Assembly (NCBI RefSeq): GCF_965223225.1
Contig: NZ_CBDCVU010000004.1
Coordinates: 600,378 to 632,377 of the forward strand
DNA from: Nitrosopumilus sp.
GTDB lineage: Archaea > Thermoproteota > Nitrososphaeria > Nitrososphaerales > Nitrosopumilaceae
DNA length: 32,000 nt
Reading direction: 5' to 3'
The translations under genes and the position numbers were made by a program. Positions 25,648 to 32,000 of this stretch are shown piece after piece. The notes beneath the pieces are model-generated. The model worked only from the letters and a program-made list of their open reading frames with translations. It was not told the origin of the DNA and did not search any database. How positions within the stretch are numbered: the first letter of the stretch is position 1; the number at the start of each line of letters is the position of its first letter.

Positions 25648-27073
25648 GGAAAATTGTGGTGTTGTTGGAATTTTCAGTCAGACTGGTACCAATGTTATTC
25701 CGATGGCAATTGACGCATTGAGAGCACTACAACATAGAGGACAAGAGGCTTGGGGCCTTGCGATTCCAAACAAAACTCCTCTAAAGAGATTAGGATTAGT
25801 TTCAGCAGCTTCTTCTGAATTTAAAAAAATTACCGAAGAATATGCCTCGTCTGCAGTTATTGGACATGTGAGATATTCCACAATGGGACGTAGTTCACTT
25901 GAGAATGCGCAACCTCTGAAAGTAAAGGATCTATGTGTAGCCCATAATGGAACAATAGCAAACGTTCAGGAACTATCGAATCTGGTTGGAGGCTGTTCAT
26001 TTACTCCTCAAAATGCAAGCGATACTCTGGTTGCAGCACAACGTTTAGTATCGTTGATTTCCGAGAATGGCAAAATGGGAAAGGCACTCTCAATTCTTAA
26101 AAATGAAATGGTTGGCTCTTATTGCTTTACATTTATCTCCGATGATCAATCAGTTTATGCTGCACGTGATCCTAAAGGATTTCGTCCAATGGTCTTAGGA
26201 CACAAGGAAGTCGATGACACATACATTGTTGCGTCTGAATCTTCTGCGATTTCTGCTGTGGGTGCAAAGATGCAACGTAATGTGAATCCGGGTGAGCTGA
26301 TCAAGCTTAGCAAAAATGGACTGGAAACTGAAATGTTTTCTGATGATCCAGCACGTGCGCATTGCTCTTTTGAGTTTACTTATTTTGCACACCCTTCAAG
26401 CAATATGGAAGGCACAAACATCTATGTTGCAAGAAAAAATATTGGCAAATTCCTTGCCAAAAAATTTCCAATCAAAGATGCTGACTTGGTAATCCCTGTA
26501 CCTGATTCTGCAAGACCAGCCGCGCTTGGCTATGCACAAGAACTTGGTGTGTCTTTTGATGAAGGTTTACTAAAAGACAGATACAGCAAAAAAGGACCAT
26601 TGCGAAGTTTTATTGAACCTCATCAAACAGATAGAGTCGAAATTAATAGATGGATTATACCAATTAAAGAAATCATTAATGGCAAACATGTGGTAGTAAT
26701 TGATGATAGTTTGGTTAGGGGAACAAGCTCCAAGGCAATAATTAAGGCCTTACGCAGAGCTGGAGCCAGAAAGATAAGTATGGTAATTACGTATCCTCCA
26801 ATCCAATTCCCATGTTATGCAGGAATAGACTTTCCTTCTCAGGAGGAACTAGCAACATTTTCAGAAAACAAGGACATGAATCAAGAAGAAATAACAGAAA
26901 TGGTGAGAAAAAGTATTGGTGCTGACTTTTTAGGATACAATGATGCTGAGAATCTTGCAGCTGCAGTTGGAATGCCCAAAGACTCTATGTGTTTTACATG
27001 TTCCACTGGAAATTATGAATCTCTTGGAATTACCCCCGAGTTCAAAAGCAGAAATGAGATGAAAGGCGAATAA
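25640..27073 (+). CDS. purF: amidophosphoribosyltransferase PurF
   Basis: Short propeptide, then the Ntn nucleophile CGVVGIF. PRPP loop VVVIDDSLVRGTS. C-terminal Cys ligands (CYAGIDFP, CFTCSTGNY). 8-nt overlap with purL. Confidence 0.92.
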   Translation: MVKENCGVVGIFSQTGTNVIPMAIDALRALQHRGQEAWGLAIPNKTPLKRLGLVSAASSEFKKITEEYASSAVIGHVRYSTMGRSSLENAQPLKVKDLCVAHNGTIANVQELSNLVGGCSFTPQNASDTLVAAQRLVSLISENGKMGKALSILKNEMVGSYCFTFISDDQSVYAARDPKGFRPMVLGHKEVDDTYIVASESSAISAVGAKMQRNVNPGELIKLSKNGLETEMFSDDPARAHCSFEFTYFAHPSSNMEGTNIYVARKNIGKFLAKKFPIKDADLVIPVPDSARPAALGYAQELGVSFDEGLLKDRYSKKGPLRSFIEPHQTDRVEINRWIIPIKEIINGKHVVVIDDSLVRGTSSKAIIKALRRAGARKISMVITYPPIQFPCYAGIDFPSQEELATFSENKDMNQEEITEMVRKSIGADFLGYNDAENLAAAVGMPKDSMCFTCSTGNYESLGITPEFKSRNEMKGE

Positions 27074-27094
27074 AAAACAATTGTTTTTATTTTT
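27073..27094 (+). terminator. A/T palindrome plus two T5 runs after purF
   Basis: A perfect 16-nt palindrome AAAAACAATTGTTTTT (27073-27088) overlaps the purF stop. It is followed by ATTTTT. Confidence 0.4.
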
Positions 27095-27138
27095 GATTGC
27101 TTGTATGTTACAGGAATGTTCTACTAATTGGGAATTTT

Positions 27139-27146
27139 TTTAAATA
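27139..27146 (+). promoter_or_regulatory. TATA-box-like element upstream of the DUF427 gene
   Basis: TTTAAATA matches the archaeal TATA consensus TTTAWATA. Its centre lies about 25 nt upstream of the ATG at 27168, implying a leaderless or very short-leader mRNA. Confidence 0.35.
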
Positions 27147-27167
27147 GATAATGATAAAACAAAACTT

Positions 27168-27446
27168 ATGAAAGCTATTTGGAATAATACTGTAATCGCT
27201 GAAAGCGATGACACTGTAGTTGTAGAAGGAAATCATTATTTCCCATTTGAATCCATAAAGCAAGAGTATTTTCAGAAAACTGAACTAACTACGTTTTGTG
27301 GTTGGAAGGGGATGGCAAATTACTATTCTGTTACAGTTGATGGTAAGACCAACAAAGATTGCGCATGGTACTATGCTGAGCCAAATGAAGCCGCTTCCAA
27401 AATCAAGGGGATGGTTGCCTTTTGGAACGGTGTGAATGTGAAATAA
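27168..27446 (+). CDS. DUF427 domain protein
   Basis: A.WNN.VIAESDDTVVVEGNHYFP ... FCGWKG.ANYYSV.V.G ... AWYY.EP ... VAFW is the DUF427 signature. Confidence 0.75.
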   Translation: MKAIWNNTVIAESDDTVVVEGNHYFPFESIKQEYFQKTELTTFCGWKGMANYYSVTVDGKTNKDCAWYYAEPNEAASKIKGMVAFWNGVNVK

Positions 27447-27481
27447 TCTTTCTTAAGTATTAGAAAAAAGAAATACTCCTT

Positions 27482-27868
27482 GTGAAGCAGTACACTGTTA
27501 TACTCGGTATAGGTGTTGCAGCAATTGCCATTATGGGTCTTATTTTTGGAATGGATGTTTTGAAATTATCTATATCTACACAAGAGTATGATATCTATGT
27601 AGACCCACTTTTAGATAAACAGAGCTTGTTTGTAATGGGCCGTGTAACTATACAAAACACTGGTTCTCAGTCTTTGACAAACATTCATGTCAATTTTGGA
27701 GCAGGCGATACTCTTGATCTTGGAACTTTGAAGCCTGGACAAAAAATTATAGTCTCTCCTCCTCCTGATAATCCTATGGAGTTTGTGATGATCAGTGCAG
27801 ATAATGGCATATTTGTAAACAAGGCCTATAGAGAAATGCCAAAGATGGTAGGAATGATGGGCTCTTAA
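27482..27868 (+). CDS. membrane-anchored protein with small beta-rich (CARDB-like?) domain
   Basis: GTG start and an N-terminal TM helix (VILGIGVAAIAIMGLIFGM). VTIQNTGSQSLTNIHVNFGAGDTLDLGTLKPGQKIIVS resembles a CARDB-type pattern. Confidence 0.5.
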   Translation: MKQYTVILGIGVAAIAIMGLIFGMDVLKLSISTQEYDIYVDPLLDKQSLFVMGRVTIQNTGSQSLTNIHVNFGAGDTLDLGTLKPGQKIIVSPPPDNPMEFVMISADNGIFVNKAYREMPKMVGMMGS

Positions 27869-27887
27869 CATCTGATGATTTTTGTTA

Positions 27888-30620
27888 CTAGAGCAGTTCT
27901 CTGAAGAATCTCAAAGTCTTTTGCTTTTCCAAGTCTTGATTGTTTGTCTTACAAAAACCTGATATGTGAATACATTTTGGACAACCTTTTTTGCAACTGC
28001 ATTTGCTTATCAGAAGGTATGCTTTTTGCAAAACATTCTCAAAATATTTGTAAATGATTTTACTGCATCCATTTGCACCGTTTGCTGAATTGTCATAAAT
28101 GTAAATGCAGTTGTCTTCATCATCAAAAAACGTATCCACGTCTGAATCATCACACTTTGTGATTATTTTTGCTGCATTTACAAACACGTGAGTAATGGTA
28201 TGTGTAAATTCTTCACTAATGTCATTATTGTATTTCTCATTTGAGTGGACATTCTTTGCATCCTCTTGAGAATAAAGATTTGTAGGAATCTGAATTTTTA
28301 CTGCAGAATGTTTTGAATCCCATGTCAAGTCTTTCCAGTTATGATGAGTTATTCCTTTGATCTTTTTCATTGTTTGAATGGTATCGTTTTTGCTTCCTTT
28401 GTAGTAGCCGGTGATCCTCTTTTCTATGTTGACTATACAATAGGATAATTGTATTTTATGATTATTTTTTGCAATCAACAACTTGTCTTCTGTTTTTTTT
28501 ATTTGCTCAAGTGATGTTTTTACAATTGGCAATGTCTTTTTGTTTCTGTCTATTATGCTGCAATTTTTTAAAAATGCCTTTCCTGAATGATTATCATCAT
28601 TTCCTGTTTTTTCAAATCTGTCAACTTCATACAAGACAGAGTTTAATCTGTACAGAGAATGCTCGTAGAGCTGGTAGTATCCTGTAGGTATTCCCTTCTC
28701 CAGTGATTTTTTCTTTCCTGGAATGTAGATTTTGATAAATCCTGAAGTTCCACGCAAGTTCATTTTGTTTGCAAATTTCCATAATGGCTTTTTGTCAAAG
28801 GTTTTTTGTGCAATCTCTTCAATTTCTTTTGATTTTTCGTGTTTTTGTGATATGATTTGGTTGTCTTTGTTGATGTACACCGAATGCTTTTGTCCAGTGT
28901 ACTCTTTGATATTGTTTGCATAGTAATGGCATACTGCATCTCTAGGCTCAAAAACGCATATTGCATATGACTTTTGGCCTCTTCTCCCCGCACGACCAGT
29001 TCTCTGAATCATCTTGTCAAATTCTCCAGTAAATGCAGAAATTGCCACGTTAACCTGTCCTATGTCTATGCCAAGTTCAAGCGTAGGAGTACATGATAAA
29101 ACATCAAGGTCTCCTTGTTTCATCTCCCCTTCTGCAATGCGTCTGTCTCCTTTCTCAATTACTCCTGAGTGCACCTTTGTCTTTATTCCTGGATTTCGTT
29201 CTCTGAGATTTACCGCTATGACTTCTGCATCATTTACTGTGTTGCTAAATACAATTTGCTTTGCATTGTTTTTGTGACATATTGATGAAATCATCTCCAT
29301 TGTTTCTCTTTGTGGCAGTTTTCTTGGCATGATGAATAATCTGTAAATGTCTTGTTTTCTTCCAATTGTACTTTTTATGTTGTCAAATGATGCTTTATCT
29401 ACTTCAAACATCTCTTCGAAGAATTCTTCAGGATTCTCAAGTGTAGCAGATGCGCAAACATATTGGACATTCTTCATGTATTTTTTCATTCTTTTGATTA
29501 CATGATGTACGTTTGACCCGTGAAAACTAGTGTATGAATGAGCCTCATCCATCACAATTATCTTTGCAGGTTGACACAACGACTTCCAGCTGTTTGTCTG
29601 CAATGTCAGATGCCAATCAATAAAATCAAAACTGGTTGCTAAGATTATGCATTTTTTGCTTGACTCTTCTATTGTTTTTTGTCTGGCATCTTGGCTAATA
29701 CCGCTATGTATTGCACGTGCTGAAATTTTATTTTCTAAATTGCATTTTTGTATTATCTCATTAATTTTTGAAACTTGATCATCGATTAATGCATTGAGAG
29801 GATATGTAAGCAAAGCAAAGACGCCCTTTGTTTGATTTTCATTTAGTATTTTCTGAATTATTGGAATTGTAAATGCCTCAGTTTTGCCAGAACCTGTTGG
29901 GGCAGAAATTATGACATTTTTTCCTTCTATGATTTTGTTTATTGCATTGACTTGGTATTCCAAAAATCCCTCTTTGAAACCATAATCTGAAATTCCTCTT
30001 ATGATTGAAGATGCAAGTATTTCTTTTGTGTGGCTGATTGGTATCTTCTTAGGCTCTGTTGTATTATGATGCTCAAAATGAACTATTCCTAAATTACCCT
30101 CGTTGTGTCCGTTTACAATCTCTTCGATTATCTGACTTTCATTGATGTCTTTTTGTGGGATTTTCTTTACATCAAAGTATTTGATATCTGATACTAGGCT
30201 TGCAATCTCTTTTGCGTCATCATTGGTTATTTCGCCAATATTTTGTGGATTTTGATAATTTGATGCCCTAGAATGATATGTTGTAGTGATTTTGTTTTCA
30301 AATTTATTTTGGTATTGTTGTGACTTTACCCTGCCATCACTACTGAAACCTTGGTAATCTAATTCTAAATCTGATGTGTTGCATGTGTGTGGTTCTCGCG
30401 TTACTATATCTAGTGGAATAAACTTGCCGTTTTCAGATTTGTACTCTTCATCAAAGTAAATCTGCCCTCCGCATCCTTTGTAGCATGGTTTTGGTTTTGC
30501 ATGCAGGTAATTCCACGTAGAGTTTGGAGTTTTTCTTTCTACTACTTTGCCCTCTGTGCATTTCCAATTATGACATTCATTTGAGATCAATCTGTTGCTG
30601 CATTTGGGACAAAATTTCAT
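27888..30620 (-). CDS. DEXH-box superfamily-2 helicase with C-terminal DUF1998 (MrfA/YprA-type Zn-binding) domain and N-terminal zinc ribbons
   Basis: Motif I SAPTGSGKTEAF (aa 239-250), Ia TYPLNALIDDQ, II MDEAH (aa 357-361), III SAT, V TPTLELGIDIG, VI QRTGRAGRRG. DUF1998 features are MNLRG, HTITHVFVNA, YDNSANGANG and CSCKKGCPKCIHISGFC (aa 874-890). The N-terminus has CPKC-x8-C-x4-C and C-x3-C ... H-x-C. Confidence 0.9.
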   Translation of the reverse strand: MKFCPKCSNRLISNECHNWKCTEGKVVERKTPNSTWNYLHAKPKPCYKGCGGQIYFDEEYKSENGKFIPLDIVTREPHTCNTSDLELDYQGFSSDGRVKSQQYQNKFENKITTTYHSRASNYQNPQNIGEITNDDAKEIASLVSDIKYFDVKKIPQKDINESQIIEEIVNGHNEGNLGIVHFEHHNTTEPKKIPISHTKEILASSIIRGISDYGFKEGFLEYQVNAINKIIEGKNVIISAPTGSGKTEAFTIPIIQKILNENQTKGVFALLTYPLNALIDDQVSKINEIIQKCNLENKISARAIHSGISQDARQKTIEESSKKCIILATSFDFIDWHLTLQTNSWKSLCQPAKIIVMDEAHSYTSFHGSNVHHVIKRMKKYMKNVQYVCASATLENPEEFFEEMFEVDKASFDNIKSTIGRKQDIYRLFIMPRKLPQRETMEMISSICHKNNAKQIVFSNTVNDAEVIAVNLRERNPGIKTKVHSGVIEKGDRRIAEGEMKQGDLDVLSCTPTLELGIDIGQVNVAISAFTGEFDKMIQRTGRAGRRGQKSYAICVFEPRDAVCHYYANNIKEYTGQKHSVYINKDNQIISQKHEKSKEIEEIAQKTFDKKPLWKFANKMNLRGTSGFIKIYIPGKKKSLEKGIPTGYYQLYEHSLYRLNSVLYEVDRFEKTGNDDNHSGKAFLKNCSIIDRNKKTLPIVKTSLEQIKKTEDKLLIAKNNHKIQLSYCIVNIEKRITGYYKGSKNDTIQTMKKIKGITHHNWKDLTWDSKHSAVKIQIPTNLYSQEDAKNVHSNEKYNNDISEEFTHTITHVFVNAAKIITKCDDSDVDTFFDDEDNCIYIYDNSANGANGCSKIIYKYFENVLQKAYLLISKCSCKKGCPKCIHISGFCKTNNQDLEKQKTLRFFRELL

Positions 30621-30756
30621 GTTTGGTTTTTTTAAAAAATAATTAAAATAAGAATCTTGAGTAGTGATTTTCTGTGAAGCTGTACATCACACAATTCAAA
30701 TTCTATGGTTTTATTGACTTGCTTTGAAATGAAATGTTGAAACTTTTTCTTTAAGA

Positions 30757-31469
30757 TTAGTTGTCGTCGAAATTCTTTTTTGCAACTTTAAACACATCAT
30801 ACAATGTATCTGCAGCAGAATCTGTATCTTCTGAAGAATTTTTAGGATGTCTTCTAATTCTATTTTTATTCAATTCCATCCTGATGTGTGCCATCTTCCA
30901 AACGGCAATTGACTTTCTTTTATTTTTTCATTAAATGGATACGGATTCATGTAGATGTATGGTTTTGAATACTGTTCATCTCCAGGTGATATGCCTGTAC
31001 CTATCTACTCATCTTTGTTTCCAGGGAATCACTCTACTGAAAAATCAAAATGATGTGGCCACAGATGTACCCTGGTAAAATTTTTTGCCTGCATTTTCAT
31101 TCTAAAATTTTCTAAAATTTTTACTGCTAATTCTGCATATTGTAAAAAGGACTTCATTTCATCAGACGTTGGGTTTTCTAGCTTTGAATCTGATAACTCT
31201 AACTTATGATCTTTTGCTATTGATTGCAATTTTTCTGAGATGTTGTCTTTTTCAAGGTCAATAAAGTCCCCTTTCTCGTCACTAAAATATAGAATTTGGC
31301 CTGAAATTAGGTGCATCTTTATCTCTGTTCTGTCATTTATTATCCCCGTTGTGATTTCATTGTTCTGAAAGTATAATGCTTGGTTGCTAGAATGTGGAAG
31401 TTCTTCTACTAATTGCTGTTTTAGTTTGCTGATCTCAACACATATGTTTTGTAATTTTTTTATATTCAT
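30757..31469 (-). pseudogene. decayed gene (DUF5996-like by recollection); only the N-terminal 146 codons are intact
   Basis: The intact ORF 31029..31469 ends ...NFTRVHLWPHHFDFSVE-TGA. The same frame continues FPGNKDE-TAG-IGTGISPGDEQYSKP. Other frames then read PYIYMNPYPFNEKIKESQLP and MELNKNRIRRHPKNSSEDTDSAADTLYDVFKVAKKNFDDN-TAA (stop at 30757-30759). These are coding-like fragments with no single open frame. Confidence 0.5.
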
Positions 31470-31586
31470 TCTGATTATTTTTCTTTAGTCTAAAAGTACA
31501 TTATTCTATCGATTTTTTCAAAATCTCTTTTATGTATGCCTAATAATCATGCTTTTCTTTAAGTATGATAAATTATTCTATCAAGT

Positions 31587-32000
31587 ATGAAATTTTTGTT
31601 ATTTACTTCAATTCCCTTGATTTTTCTAGCAATGCTTGTTGGAAGTTTTAACGATCCTTCTGATAATTTTGTTTTTGCAATGCATGGTATGTCACACCAT
31701 GACGATGATCAGCAAAAAAATATGATGATGATGTCTAATACAATGAACGGAAGTCACATGTTTGGTGGTCATCATCATATGTCCTATAATGGAATGTGTG
31801 CACCTGGATTTGCAGCTTTGAATGGTATGTGTGTTTTAGATGACCGATGTGGTCCAGGTGCATATCCTGGTAAAGTGTGTATGATGGATGGAGTTCTCAA
31901 AGAATACTTGAGACCTCACCATCAAAAACATGCAGGTCTTTCAGTTCAAAATATTATTTGTGCAGAGGGAAAACAACTGATATTCAAACAAAGTGATGCG
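31587..32000 (+). CDS. secreted His/Met-rich, Cys-containing protein (3' end outside window)
   Basis: ATG at 31587, open to the window end (138 codons), not in the ORF track because it has no stop. Signal-like MKFLLFTSIPLIFLAMLVGS, then MHGMSHHDDDQQKNMMMMSNTMNGSHMFGGHHHMSYNGM, then spaced Cys (CAPGFAALNGMCVLDDRCGPGAYPGKVC). Confidence 0.6.
   Translation, partial: MKFLLFTSIPLIFLAMLVGSFNDPSDNFVFAMHGMSHHDDDQQKNMMMMSNTMNGSHMFGGHHHMSYNGMCAPGFAALNGMCVLDDRCGPGAYPGKVCMMDGVLKEYLRPHHQKHAGLSVQNIICAEGKQLIFKQSDA

Noticed and set aside
23744-26392. Nine short ORFs on either strand inside purL and purF (for example 23744..23944, 23827..24030, 24900..25280, 25678..25881, 26195..26392)
   Set aside because: All are nested in the strongly supported purL and purF reading frames. 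None has a motif or plausible start context.
27611-29277. ORFs 27611..27871 (-), 28469..28687 (+), 28732..28923 (+), 28760..28993 (-) and 29014..29277 (+)
   Set aside because: They are nested in, or in an alternative frame of, the 27482..27868 gene and the helicase gene. The helicase frame carries all SF2 motifs.
31005-31031. In-frame TGA and TAG interpreted as selenocysteine/pyrrolysine or programmed read-through
   Set aside because: The same gene also needs at least two frame changes to be read. Nothing else in the window suggests Sec or Pyl usage. Accumulated inactivating mutations are the simpler explanation.

Overview
Visibly AT-rich archaeal chromosomal segment. The gene content suggests an ammonia-oxidising thaumarchaeon (Nitrosopumilus-like). 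Supporting genes are archaeal-type purP, a purS / purQ-purL-purF cluster, tatA-tatC, ubiX, a type-1 copper protein ending in a PEFG + TM + basic-tail sorting signal, a secreted protein with seven PKD-like repeats, a CBS-fused TrkH transporter and an LLM-class oxidoreductase. There are also many short lineage-specific ORFs, several with Cys/His metal-binding motifs. I found no rRNA, tRNA, CRISPR array, transposase or integrase. Most worth a second look: (1) a stand-alone 910-aa DEXH helicase with a C-terminal DUF1998-type Cys4 module and an atypical N-terminal double zinc-ribbon extension (27888-30620). (2) Directly upstream of it, a decayed gene with two in-frame stops and frame changes (30757-31469). 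(3) A GC-enriched, highly structured 93-nt intergenic element followed by a T-run (17187-17279), a candidate unclassified ncRNA. (4) A CBS-pair gene set antisense inside the purine cluster, 2 nt from the purS stop. (5) Two pairs of small paralogous ORFs, an orphan PIN-like protein, a polytopic membrane protein with intramembrane CC/CPTC motifs, and a His/Met-rich secreted protein at the window edge. All functional calls come from motif reading by eye; no database search was possible.
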